This document shows positions 53,370-62,426 of a DNA stretch of 64,000 bases, in pieces. A program made the translations under genes and the position numbers. The notes beneath the pieces were generated by a model. It worked only from the letters and a program-made list of their open reading frames with translations, did not search any database and was not told where the DNA came from. Source of the stretch: Candidatus Binatus sp. (GTDB lineage Bacteria > Acidobacteriota > Terriglobia > Terriglobales > Acidobacteriaceae); NCBI GenBank assembly GCA_035482825.1, contig DATHQJ010000044.1, positions 2,164-66,163 of the forward strand, read 5' to 3'. Each line of letters begins with the position of its first letter. The first letter of the stretch is position 1.

Positions 53370-56111
53370 CTATGTGAGTACGGAAGCTTCGTCTCGCGTC
53401 CTACTGCCACTCGCTGGCACCGTGGCAACCGCTGTTTCGGGGTTCTTGCGTTCACGGAATTCGCCGCTCTGCTGCATTAGCTTGGTGACCACGCCCGTCC
53501 ACCCGGTTTGATGACTGGCGCCCACGCCATACCCGGAGTCGCCGTGGAAGTACTCGTGAAAGAGAAGCAAGTCGCGCCAATGAGGATCCGTCTGAAACTT
53601 TTCCAAGTTGCCAAACACCGGCCGGTGGCCCTTTTCGTCGCGAAGAAAAATGTTTGTCATCCGGCGCGACAGTTCACCCGCCACGTCCCACAACGTCTTC
53701 ATGTTTCCCGATCCAGTCGGGAACTCGACTTTGAACTCGTTACCTAGATAGTGGTGGAATTTCTGCAAGGACTCGACCAGGAGAAAATTCAACGGGAACC
53801 AGATCGGGCCTCGCCAGTTCGAATTGCCCCCGAACACTCCGGTCGTCGATTCGCCCGGTTCATAGTCCACTCGGTGCTCGGTTCCGTTGACGTGGAGTAC
53901 GTAAGGATGTTCCCGATGGAATTTTGACAGCGAGCGGATCCCGCACGGTGATAGAAACTCGCCCTCGTCCAACATGTAGCTGAGAATGCGGCGAAGCTGA
54001 TCTTCATTTGCGATGGACAACAACCGGCGTTCGCCCATCCCCGTGCTGCGCATGCAGGCGAAGCTTTCCGTGAGATCGGGGCGGTTATCGATAAACCATT
54101 CCAGACGTCGCTTGAAGTCGGGTAGCCGATCGAGCACTTCCGGCTCCAGAGTTTCCACTGCAAACAGCGGAATCAATCCCACCATGGAGCGGATCTTCAT
54201 TGGAAATTGTGAGCCGTCCGGGAGCTTCAGCACATCGTAGAAGAAACCGTCTACTTCGTCCCAAAGTCCGATGCAGTTGCGGCCACGATGGCTCATGGCA
54301 TGCGCAATGTAGATAAAATGCTCCCAAAACTTGCTGGCCACGTCTTCATAGCAGGGCTCTTCTTTGGCCAGTTCCATTGCGATAGCCAGCAGATTCAAGG
54401 TGTACATGGCCATCCAGCTGGTTCCATCGGACTGTTCGAGATAGCCGCCGGTAGGCAGGGGAGCGCTGCGATCGAACACCCCGATGTTGTCTAGTCCGAG
54501 AAATCCGCCCTGGAAGATATTCATGCCCTCGGCATCCTTGCGGTTCACCCACCAGGTGAAGTTCAACATCAGCTTGTGGAAGATGCGCTTCAGAAATTCG
54601 CGGTCGCCTCGGCCTGTGCGCTTCTTGTCAATCTTGTACACGCGCCACGCGGCCCATGCATGCACCGGCGGATTAACGTCCCCCAAAGCCCATTCATAGG
54701 CGGGTATCTGCCCGTTGGGGTGCATGTACCACTCGCGGAGCATCAGCGTGAGCTGCTCTTTGGCGAAGTCAGGGTCGACCAGGGCCAGCGGAATGCAGTG
54801 GAACGCCAGGTCCCAAGCCGCATACCACGGATACTCCCACTTGTCCGGCATGGAAATTACGTCAGCGTTGTACAAGTGAGTCCATTGATGATTGCGGCCT
54901 TTGCTTCGCCCCTCGGGCGGACGTGGGTTGTCCTCATCGCCTCTCAGCCAATCCTTGACGACGTAGTGATAGAACTGCTTGGACCAGAGCATTCCCGCAA
55001 AGCTCTGGCGCATGACGTTCTGAGCGTCTGCGGAAAGGTCCCGAGGAATCACCCTTGCGTAAAATTCATCGGCCTCGCGTCGCCGGAGCGTCAACGTTTT
55101 GTCGAAGGCGTCAAACGCGTTCTTTCCTTTGAAGTTCGAGTCGGCAAGGCGCATCCGTATTACAACCGTCTCACCTGAACCGAGTGACAATTTGTAATGG
55201 GCGGCTGCTTTCGTGCCGACAAGTTCGGGATTGACCGCTTCCTTGGCGCCCTGCACGACAGTGTCGTTGATGCCGTCTTTGACGAAGGGAGAACAATTCT
55301 CGGTTCCAAATAGCCTTCGAGCGTTCGTCTCGTTCTCGGTAAAGAGAAGTTCTGGAGAGCCTTCGCAATGCAGCCAGAGGTTATTGGACTGACTTTGGTT
55401 CACTGGAGAGACGTTCAGTTCAATGACGGGATTGGGAGCGGGCCGCGCTTCGTGCAGTTTCGGGCGTCGGGCACGATTTCCCCACGACCAAGTATTGCGG
55501 AACCAAATTGTGGGCAAAACTCGAAGATTAGCAGCTTCCGGGCCACGATTTGTAACCGTGATCTTGATTAGCATGTCCTCGACATCGGCCTTGGCATATT
55601 CCACGAACACGTCGAAGTAGCGATCTTCGTCGAATACACCCGTATCGAGTAGTTCGAACTCTGGTTGGCTCTTGTCTCGCTTTCGGTTTTCCTCCACCAG
55701 CTTCGCGTAAGGAAACTCCGCTTGCGGGTATTTGTAGAGATACTTCAGGTAGGAGTGTGAAGGCGTGCTGTCGAGATAGAAATAGTATTCCTTCACGTCC
55801 TCGCCGTGGTTGCCTTCGTTTCCAGTTAAACCGAAGATCCGTTCTTTCAGAATCGGATCACGCTCATTCCATAGCGCGAGGGCAAAGCAAATCATCTGTC
55901 GGCGATCGCTGATCCCGGCCAATCCGTCTTCGTTCCAGCGATAGGCGCGTGAACGCGCATGGTCGTGTGGCAAATATTCCCACGCGTTCCCGTGCCGGCT
56001 GTAGTCTTCACGCACGGTGCCCCACGCACGTTCGCTAAGATAGGGCCCCCACCGCTTCCAATGCTTTTTGCGCGTGCGAGATTCGGCGAGTCGAATTTCC
56101 TCTTTTGTCAT
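53370..56111 (-). CDS. GH63-like (MGH1-like) glucosidase
   Basis: Conserved N-terminus [47 protein letters not shown] and a C-terminal (alpha/alpha)6 region ..[18 protein letters not shown]. Confidence 0.82.
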   Translation of the reverse strand: MTKEEIRLAESRTRKKHWKRWGPYLSERAWGTVREDYSRHGNAWEYLPHDHARSRAYRWNEDGLAGISDRRQMICFALALWNERDPILKERIFGLTGNEGNHGEDVKEYYFYLDSTPSHSYLKYLYKYPQAEFPYAKLVEENRKRDKSQPEFELLDTGVFDEDRYFDVFVEYAKADVEDMLIKITVTNRGPEAANLRVLPTIWFRNTWSWGNRARRPKLHEARPAPNPVIELNVSPVNQSQSNNLWLHCEGSPELLFTENETNARRLFGTENCSPFVKDGINDTVVQGAKEAVNPELVGTKAAAHYKLSLGSGETVVIRMRLADSNFKGKNAFDAFDKTLTLRRREADEFYARVIPRDLSADAQNVMRQSFAGMLWSKQFYHYVVKDWLRGDEDNPRPPEGRSKGRNHQWTHLYNADVISMPDKWEYPWYAAWDLAFHCIPLALVDPDFAKEQLTLMLREWYMHPNGQIPAYEWALGDVNPPVHAWAAWRVYKIDKKRTGRGDREFLKRIFHKLMLNFTWWVNRKDAEGMNIFQGGFLGLDNIGVFDRSAPLPTGGYLEQSDGTSWMAMYTLNLLAIAMELAKEEPCYEDVASKFWEHFIYIAHAMSHRGRNCIGLWDEVDGFFYDVLKLPDGSQFPMKIRSMVGLIPLFAVETLEPEVLDRLPDFKRRLEWFIDNRPDLTESFACMRSTGMGERRLLSIANEDQLRRILSYMLDEGEFLSPCGIRSLSKFHREHPYVLHVNGTEHRVDYEPGESTTGVFGGNSNWRGPIWFPLNFLLVESLQKFHHYLGNEFKVEFPTGSGNMKTLWDVAGELSRRMTNIFLRDEKGHRPVFGNLEKFQTDPHWRDLLLFHEYFHGDSGYGVGASHQTGWTGVVTKLMQQSGEFRERKNPETAVATVPASGSRTRDEASVLT

Positions 56112-56141
56112 GAAGGTCTTCGTATTTCAAATCAGGCTTAA

Positions 56142-56315
56142 CTAAAAAGCAAACTCACCCGAAACCTGCAAATCGCCGTGCCCAGGGCCGAGTCCGGTAT
56201 CGTTCACCGGGTCGTCGATGTTTGGATCGTCCTGTAGATATTGGGTTGGCAAATCGTGGACAAGGTCAGGGTGCCAGTCATTTCTTGACAATGCGGCGTG
56301 GACGTTGCTACTCAC
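56142..56315 (-). CDS. Candidate 57-aa acidic small ORF upstream of the GH63-like gene
   Basis: GTG 56315 lies 4 nt after AGGAGG. Translation: VSSNVHAALSRNDWHPDLVHDLPTQYLQDDPNIDDPVNDTGLGPGHGDLQVSGEFAF. G or C at the third codon position is about 60% by my count. It is below the ORF-track length cutoff. Confidence 0.3.
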   Translation of the reverse strand: MSSNVHAALSRNDWHPDLVHDLPTQYLQDDPNIDDPVNDTGLGPGHGDLQVSGEFAF

Positions 56316-56404
56316 ATCTCCTCCTACTTCTCTTCGATTTCGATCGCGTGGCCATCACCGGGCGTAACCGGCTCCGTGGATCGACAGCACCCGTCAGAAA
56401 GAAA

Positions 56405-57580
56405 CTAGAAACTGGAAACTAAACTGGAATCTAGCCCCGTCGTCATATGCATAGCCAACGTCCCGTCATGCACCGACCCGAGAATCCACAAGTTGCCCGG
56501 TGATGGGGCAACTCCAGCCCACAACAGATCACAAGGAAATCCGCCCTTCGCTGGGCTAGGACTCGGCGCAATCGTCCAACTGATCCCGTCCCAGTGCAAG
56601 AGCAGGGTCATCTGGTGCCCCGATCCGTCGGCTGGGAAGTAGGAGCCAAACGCCCAGATGTCATTTGCCGAAGTCGCCGTCAATCCAAGCAAACGGTTCG
56701 ACTGATTCGCGCTATTCGGCCCAACATTCGGACTCGGTACCACCGTCCAGCTCGTACCGTCAAAGTGCTCGATCAACGTCAGAGTGGCAGCCTGCTCGGG
56801 AAGCGCAACTGGGGTGGAAAAGCCTACCGCCCACACATCGTTTGGCGCGAGCGCCAGCACGGCGTTCAACTTGTTTGTGCCCTCGCCTACGTTGGGAGTT
56901 GCCACACTCTTCCAGTTCGCACCATCCCAGTGCATGGCTGCGGTTTCGATGTTGTTCGAACCGTTGAATCCTACTGCCCAAGCATCATTCGTGGCGTCGG
57001 CGGATGCGCCAAACAAAAACTCATGGTTCGATTCCACAGTTGTCGCTGTCCATGACGTGCCGTTCCAGTGCTCGAAAAGCGGCGAGACCAGCCCCGTGCC
57101 GCGGTTCATCAGGCTGCCGATTGCCCAAACGTCATGCGCGGAGCTAGCGGTCATGGCGAAAACATCCGCTTGGTCTTTCTTGCCGAACTTGGGGCCCGGA
57201 AACAAGCTCCACCTGGTTCCATTCCACTGCTCGATCACTTGCCCCGGATGCGCGCCGTCCGTCACATTTCCCGCCGCCCAGGCCAAAGTCGGAGAAATAG
57301 CAACCACCCCCTGCAGGAAGCTGTTGTTGTCTCCTTTGATCATCGGAGCAGGAAACGCCGTCCACGTGGTGCCATCAAAGTGGATCGTGGACTGCCCTAC
57401 CGCCCAAATGTCGTTTGGAGAAGACGCCGAAGCCGCAAAGAGTTCGCTGTTGGGGTTCTCGTTCGGGGTTCGGACCACCTCAAAAGTCGAGCCTGTCGCC
57501 GTTTGTCCTTGTGCAGGCGAGTCTTGAAACAAGGCAACACTCAACCCGAAAAACGTTATCGCGCTAAGCGTAAGTCTCAC
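56405..57580 (-). CDS. Secreted seven-repeat beta-propeller-like protein (unassigned family)
   Basis: GTG 57580 after GAGGTG, with signal MRLTLSAITFFGLSVALFQDSPAQG. Seven copies of (S/A)xxD(I/V)WA(V/I)G (DIWAVG, LAWAAG, DVWAIG, DAWAVG, DVWAVG, DIWAFG, NLWILG) alternate with (W/F)(D/N)G(T)xW. Confidence 0.8.
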   Translation of the reverse strand: MRLTLSAITFFGLSVALFQDSPAQGQTATGSTFEVVRTPNENPNSELFAASASSPNDIWAVGQSTIHFDGTTWTAFPAPMIKGDNNSFLQGVVAISPTLAWAAGNVTDGAHPGQVIEQWNGTRWSLFPGPKFGKKDQADVFAMTASSAHDVWAIGSLMNRGTGLVSPLFEHWNGTSWTATTVESNHEFLFGASADATNDAWAVGFNGSNNIETAAMHWDGANWKSVATPNVGEGTNKLNAVLALAPNDVWAVGFSTPVALPEQAATLTLIEHFDGTSWTVVPSPNVGPNSANQSNRLLGLTATSANDIWAFGSYFPADGSGHQMTLLLHWDGISWTIAPSPSPAKGGFPCDLLWAGVAPSPGNLWILGSVHDGTLAMHMTTGLDSSLVSSF

Positions 57581-57787
57581 GATTACACCTCGATGGTGCT
57601 GACTTAAGAATGTGTCGGATTTTTCCCCTTCACAGGTTGATAACTAAACGCCGGTCGCTCTTATTCCATGCTCAGCATTACCTTTTCGAACGAACCCTCA
57701 GCACGAGTACAGGGTTCAGCCTCCCACAGTCGCACTGGTGCATTGAAAAATTCTGTAGGACGTTGGGATTTCGAGCGGAGAACCGAA

Positions 57788-59383
57788 CTAAGCCGACAGG
57801 ACAACCGTTCCTTCAGCCCGGCTCACACAAGGCAGTACATATCCAGCATTTTTTTGCTCAGCCGTCAGCCCAGTTTCCACGGCCATCTGAACGGTGCCGC
57901 TCAGAACCCGCGTAACACACGTACCACATTGGCCCTGGCGGCAGCCAAACGGAATCTGGACGCCGTTTCGCTCTGCCACATCTAGCAGCGTGCCTCCGGA
58001 GGAAGCCTGGCAGACCTTTTCCGAGTGAAGAAACACGACAGTCTCGACTGTACCGTCACCCAGTGGACGAGACTCTGTGGACGGTTTGCTCTCCCCGAAA
58101 CTTTCCTGAAGGATCCGGTCCTGCTTTACGCCGAGTTTCGACAGAATCTGGCGCGCGTTGTTCATGAATCCCTGGGGACCACAGAGAAAGAAAGTGGGTG
58201 AAGCGAGATCAATCAGGTACTGGGAGACAAATTCCTCGCTAAGACGGCCGCTGTGACCCTTCCAGGTGGCGTCTGCCCGTGACAGGCACACCTCGTAATT
58301 GAAGTTGGGTAGAGATCTTTCAAGTCTGACGAGTTCGTCTTGGAAAATGATGTCGGCAGCCGTGCGCACGCAATACAGGAGCATGAGCGGAGTCGACAGT
58401 TTAAGGTCGTCGATATGACGCAGCATCGACATCATGGGTGTGATGCCACTTCCTGCCGCGATGAGCACTATGCTTTTGTGGCATGTCTCGTCAAAATAAA
58501 ATTGGCCATACGGCCCGCGTGCTTCCACTGTGAGGCCGGGCTTGGCGAGGTCATTGAGAAAAACAGATACAAGTCCATTTTCCATCCGCTTAGGCGTGAT
58601 CTCCACATAGGTCTCATGGATCGGCGACGAGGAAATAGTGTAGGACCGCGACACTCGTTGGCCATCGATCGTCCACTGGAACGTCAGGAATTGCCCTGGC
58701 TTAGCACGAAACCGCCGTTCCCTGGGGACCTCAAAACGCAGCGTCTTCGTATCGTGCGTTTGCCGCTCGGTCTGTGACAGCAGAAGATGCATTGGGCTCT
58801 TCGCCTTCTCGTGATTGGTTAGTGGTGTCAGCTCCGCCGAAATCCCCGGGATGCCCGAGGACTCTACGGAAGCATGTGGCTGCTTCCTCTTCTTGAACAC
58901 CAAGGCGCACTGGGCAAGACACAATGCAACAACCGCACCAGTCGCGAGCTTTAGCCCCAGGCCTCCGGGGCTCGCCGAACGAAGAAGTTCTGACAGCGTG
59001 GGGATGGCCACAAGCACAAACGAAATCACGAACACGGTTATTCCTAATGCTTTCAGCGACGAATGGCTCTGCCGGTAGCGGCGTGCGATCAATATCTTCA
59101 GGAAGAGCAAAGGCACGAGGACGAGCACAAGCACAATATGCACAACCAGGTGCGTAGGCAGGTGACCGGTTATTCCCACACTTACAAGCCTCTGACTCAT
59201 GCTGTAGGCCATGATGCAGAGCAGAATCACAAACGAATAACCACCCACCTTGTGAAGAGCGATCAGCCGGGCTCTCGTCGTTCCGTTGCGCGCGGGCTGG
59301 GAAGCTTCCAGCATCACCACCACGTTGGCGGCGGCCAGTGAGACAAAGGCAACGCCGGCCACAATCGTGGAAATGTTTAACAT
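57788..59383 (-). CDS. Membrane-anchored ferredoxin-NAD(P) reductase-like flavoprotein fused to a C-terminal plant-type [2Fe-2S] ferredoxin
   Basis: N-terminal ~165 aa contain 5-6 hydrophobic helices. FAD motif RSYTISS, NAD(P) motif VLIAAGSGITPM, and a [2Fe-2S] Cys pattern CRQGQCGTCVTRV...LPCVS. Confidence 0.85.
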   Translation of the reverse strand: MLNISTIVAGVAFVSLAAANVVVMLEASQPARNGTTRARLIALHKVGGYSFVILLCIMAYSMSQRLVSVGITGHLPTHLVVHIVLVLVLVPLLFLKILIARRYRQSHSSLKALGITVFVISFVLVAIPTLSELLRSASPGGLGLKLATGAVVALCLAQCALVFKKRKQPHASVESSGIPGISAELTPLTNHEKAKSPMHLLLSQTERQTHDTKTLRFEVPRERRFRAKPGQFLTFQWTIDGQRVSRSYTISSSPIHETYVEITPKRMENGLVSVFLNDLAKPGLTVEARGPYGQFYFDETCHKSIVLIAAGSGITPMMSMLRHIDDLKLSTPLMLLYCVRTAADIIFQDELVRLERSLPNFNYEVCLSRADATWKGHSGRLSEEFVSQYLIDLASPTFFLCGPQGFMNNARQILSKLGVKQDRILQESFGESKPSTESRPLGDGTVETVVFLHSEKVCQASSGGTLLDVAERNGVQIPFGCRQGQCGTCVTRVLSGTVQMAVETGLTAEQKNAGYVLPCVSRAEGTVVLSA

Positions 59384-59535
59384 AAGCGTCCGTCCCTCTG
59401 TGCCGCAGTGGCGATGTTCTCTCTAGCCCGTGTGTTCTTTGATGTTGGCGGGCATTCGTACTCTGTTGGTATGAACAGCTTCCGACCACGATTTATTCCG
59501 GAACTCGCGACGGCGTTCAACACCAACGATGTACA

Positions 59536-59566
59536 AAAGGCCGCCCCAGTGATCAGGACGGCCTTT
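59536..59566 (-). terminator. Hairpin after the 40-aa micro-ORF (possible bidirectional terminator)
   Basis: AAAGGCCG (59536-59543) pairs with CGGCCTTT (59559-59566) around a 15-nt loop. It lies 23 nt downstream of the micro-ORF stop on the minus strand. The U-tract is short (TTTT, partly in the stem), and the plus-strand side is followed by a T-rich run. Confidence 0.4.
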
Positions 59567-59588
59567 CGTTTCTTTCAACTTTTTCTGC

Positions 59589-59711
59589 TTAGCTTCCACT
59601 GCTGACGGCTCGCAGGGCCGCAACAATCGAGCCAACGATACAAGAACCGATCAGCAAGGTCAGAGCGCTCAACAATAGACCGCCCAGCAATTCAACAACA
59701 CTTTGCAGCAT
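59589..59711 (-). CDS. Candidate 40-aa hydrophobic micro-protein
   Basis: ATG 59711 lies 9 nt after GGAGGG. Translation: MLQSVVELLGGLLLSALTLLIGSCIVGSIVAALRAVSSGS (one predicted TM helix). A hairpin follows. It is below the ORF-track cutoff. Confidence 0.5.
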   Translation of the reverse strand: MLQSVVELLGGLLLSALTLLIGSCIVGSIVAALRAVSSGS

Positions 59712-59758
59712 TCGCAGATCCCTCCGTCTCGATCGACCTCCAAATTGAGTTGCGGCAA

Positions 59759-60136
59759 CTACATACTCCCTAAGTCCTGCTCAAACACCAGCGACTGTCT
59801 TAGGTGACGGAAGTCGATCTCTTTGAGCGTTGACGTGCCCGCGCCTGCTGGCTCGATCACGATTGCGTTCTGTTTGACTCGATCGTCATTCGTCTTCAAA
59901 GTCCCTGGCGCCGTGGCCACAGTCTTCCCGTTCTGCAGGAAACTCACCTGTACCTCAGGGCCGGTCCCTTCCCACTCCACTTTGTAGTTGCCAGGTTTCA
60001 GTTCAGTACCGCCGATTTGGACGGCATCAGAAATCTCGACCGAATGAGCGTTCTTGCTTGCGGCGTAGGCGCTTCCGCCAAACCCGAGCAGGCAAGTCAG
60101 ACTAAGTACAGCCGCAAAATAGAATGTCTTCATCAT
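59759..60136 (-). CDS. Small secreted protein of unknown function
   Basis: Clear signal peptide MMKTFYFAAVLSLTCLLGFGGSAYA, then a beta-rich mature part (GNYKVEWEGTGPEVQVSFLQNGK). Confidence 0.75.
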   Translation of the reverse strand: MMKTFYFAAVLSLTCLLGFGGSAYAASKNAHSVEISDAVQIGGTELKPGNYKVEWEGTGPEVQVSFLQNGKTVATAPGTLKTNDDRVKQNAIVIEPAGAGTSTLKEIDFRHLRQSLVFEQDLGSM

Positions 60137-60250
60137 TTGTGCTTATTACAATATTTTGAGTGTCACTATTGATAACGTTGCTCGCGCGGTTTTTATTCCC
60201 GAGGAGTTTCTTGAGCCATGAAAATGCGGAAGGGACAGTGTGCGTCCAAT

Positions 60251-61069
60251 TTATTTTTGATTGTGAAATCCCCACAATCGGTGAGGCAAAAGGTAAGTGA
60301 AGCCCACAAACCCTTCCCACTGCGTCGAGGTAGAGGTGAGGCCATGATCGACTCCGGCATCCAGTACAAGATTTTTCCTCACCGGATATGAGAGGGCCCA
60401 CAAATTCCCGACGGCATTTCTGCTGCTGAGTGGCTGCGTGAAGTGCCAGAGTTCGCCCGCGACCGTCAGCCGTCCCAGTCGGTGCGAAATCGAGAGCGTC
60501 TGGCCGAATTGTCCTCGGCGTATTAGGCCTTTTGTCTGTTCGGAAAAAATGCCGTTGATGTCGAAGTGGAAACCTGCGAGGTCGTCACTTACCAGGATCA
60601 ATGCGCTATTCCTGAACGTACCGATGTCGATTTCCGGCGCGGGACTCGCATAGAGACGACGAATGTAGCTGAGGCTTACGGTAGGCTTGTGCCCCTCTCC
60701 GGGCAATACGACTGCCTGAAATCCGGCGAACACCTCGCCCGGACGACTGCCTGAAAGAGCATCGCCGGCAGCACCACTTGCTTGAGCGAGTGGCGCCGAT
60801 AGGGCCAGCAACTGAAGGCGGGATGCTACCGTGAGCTTGGTGACCTGGTTAATGTCAAATAGCGTCTTGAACTCAGGTGAGGTCTCGGCATAAAGTCCGC
60901 CGTTTTCAAATTGCAGGTAGCCCACCGGGGTCAACGTCGCCGGAGTTGAAACCGTCGGACGACCGGGATTCGCCTCCGGTGTTTCCGCGATAGACGACTG
61001 CGCTCCAATCCGGGCGACAAATAGAAGTGCAGCCGCCAACCCAAAGCCGCAGCGAAGCAGGCCTCTCAA
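60251..61069 (-). CDS. Outer-membrane beta-barrel channel (MetA-pathway/'transporter' family-like)
   Basis: TTG 61069 after GGAG, with signal MRGLLRCGFGLAAALLFVARIGAQ. N-terminal RPTVSTPATLTPVGYLQFENG is typical of that family as I recall it. Alternating beta-strand pattern throughout. Confidence 0.7.
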   Translation of the reverse strand: MRGLLRCGFGLAAALLFVARIGAQSSIAETPEANPGRPTVSTPATLTPVGYLQFENGGLYAETSPEFKTLFDINQVTKLTVASRLQLLALSAPLAQASGAAGDALSGSRPGEVFAGFQAVVLPGEGHKPTVSLSYIRRLYASPAPEIDIGTFRNSALILVSDDLAGFHFDINGIFSEQTKGLIRRGQFGQTLSISHRLGRLTVAGELWHFTQPLSSRNAVGNLWALSYPVRKNLVLDAGVDHGLTSTSTQWEGFVGFTYLLPHRLWGFHNQK

Positions 61070-61314
61070 AATGGCTCCAGAAAGAAGTGAGATCGCACTA
61101 GAAGCATTTCTTTTGCGATTCCGTTCCGGGCTACGCGCGTGGAGGAAGGAATAGCGGCGAGTAAGAGAGATCTGATAACCGTCGCACAGCTAAATGGAGT
61201 GAGCCCTTACTCACTTCACCGCGACTTGGCCGGTCATTTTCGGAGGGACCGAGCAGCAGTAGGGATGCGTTCCCGCCTTGGTAAACGTGTAAGAGAACTC
61301 TTCGATGAGGCGTG

Positions 61315-61695
61315 TCACTCCTCCACGACCAGTGTGCCTTTCATGCCTCTATGGCCTATGCCACAGACACTCGAGCAGCGAAATTGAAAAGTGCCAGCCT
61401 TGTCAGCGGTGAATTCGACGACAACCGTCGTTCCCTTAGGAATTTTCTGGTTGATGTCAAAGTCGTCTAGCTTGAATCCGTGATCGTGGTCCGCGGCGGT
61501 CATGACTAGCTTGACCCGCTCGCCTTTCCTGACGCGCAGCGAGCCGGGGTTAAATTCATACTTCTTGAGCGTCACCTGAATTTCATGTACCGCTTGCGCC
61601 CCCGTCCCCGCATCTTTCGCCACTTGCGCAACTGTCTTTGCCGATGCTGCGGATAAGATCGTGAGCCCTATTAGCACAATCTTCAGTCTGTTCAC
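61315..61695 (-). CDS. Stand-alone exported cupredoxin with a CuA-type ligand set
   Basis: GTG 61695 after GAAGGA, with signal MNRLKIVLIGLTILSAASAKTVAQ. Ligand pattern H-x34-C-x3-C-x3-H-x2-M (DHDHG...FRCSSVCGIGHRGM). Confidence 0.85.
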   Translation of the reverse strand: MNRLKIVLIGLTILSAASAKTVAQVAKDAGTGAQAVHEIQVTLKKYEFNPGSLRVRKGERVKLVMTAADHDHGFKLDDFDINQKIPKGTTVVVEFTADKAGTFQFRCSSVCGIGHRGMKGTLVVEE

Positions 61696-61991
61696 GTTGA
61701 ATTCCTTCGCTTGAAAATCGGGTTGCCGTTCACTAGTGATAACCGGAGTGTTGATCTTTTATTCCATACCGCTCGGGAGTGCGGATCATCAGGTTCGCTT
61801 TTGTTGGGGGAATTATGAGGTTATCGAGGCCGATCGGAATTCCTTCGGAGGCAGGCAACGCCCGTTCGCAGCGAATAGCCGCTCCGATAGCCCTCAATTT
61901 TGAAAGAATTGCGGCCATCTGAGGAATATCGGGAATATTTTCTTCGGTCCCGAGTTCTTAGTAACAGTGGTAGAACGTGGAGGGAAGCCCC

Positions 61992-62234
61992 ATGCTGGAC
62001 AACTGGGATGAGCGCGATGAGGTGGTTGCGGCGGCGTCGATTTGCCCAATCCCCGACTGCAGTGCATTAGTGGTTGCCTACAGGCCACCCGTCCGCGCGG
62101 AACGCGACAATGCCAGACCCTGGTGTGAGTTCTCGTGCCCGCGTTGCGGAACCGACTTCACTGTCCCTGAAGATGAACTGATTTTTCAGTCAGTGCCCAA
62201 GGAATGGCTATTGGCGAGAGTCCAAGCCGCATAG
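61992..62234 (+). CDS. Small Cys-pair (zinc-ribbon-like) protein
   Basis: ATG 61992 lies 6 nt after GGAGGG. Cys pairs CPIPDC ... CPRC. Third codon positions look GC-rich and gene-like by eye. Confidence 0.5.
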   Translation: MLDNWDERDEVVAAASICPIPDCSALVVAYRPPVRAERDNARPWCEFSCPRCGTDFTVPEDELIFQSVPKEWLLARVQAA

Positions 62235-62426
62235 TCGGGCAGCGTCAAGGATCGACTCGCGAACTGACTTCCGCGCCCCTGGCTACGGGGCATGGCTAAC
62301 TCTTCGAAGCCTGCAGAGGGTTGATCGTCCTGCGAGGACGAAGCCACAAATCGGACCACCCCTTGTGAGCCAAATCCAATACTCGTCATTTGCCTTCTCA
62401 CGAATCAGTTCGAACCCCTGGCCCGG

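Noticed and set aside
57692-57717. Hairpin GAACCCT-12 nt-AGGGTTC downstream of the FNR-fusion gene. Similar small hairpins occur at 62326-62340, 62583-62604 and 19488-19504.
   Set aside because: None has an adjacent U-tract on the relevant strand, and the stems are short (6-7 bp). This is not convincing for terminators or structured RNAs.
61733-61918. 61-aa minus-strand ORF upstream of the cupredoxin gene. Also ORFs 61139-61387 (+) and 62186-62401 (-).
   Set aside because: G or C at third codon positions is low (~52% by my count for 61733-61918). There is no RBS or recognisable motif, and two of the ORFs overlap better-supported genes. Coding cannot be excluded for 61733-61918.
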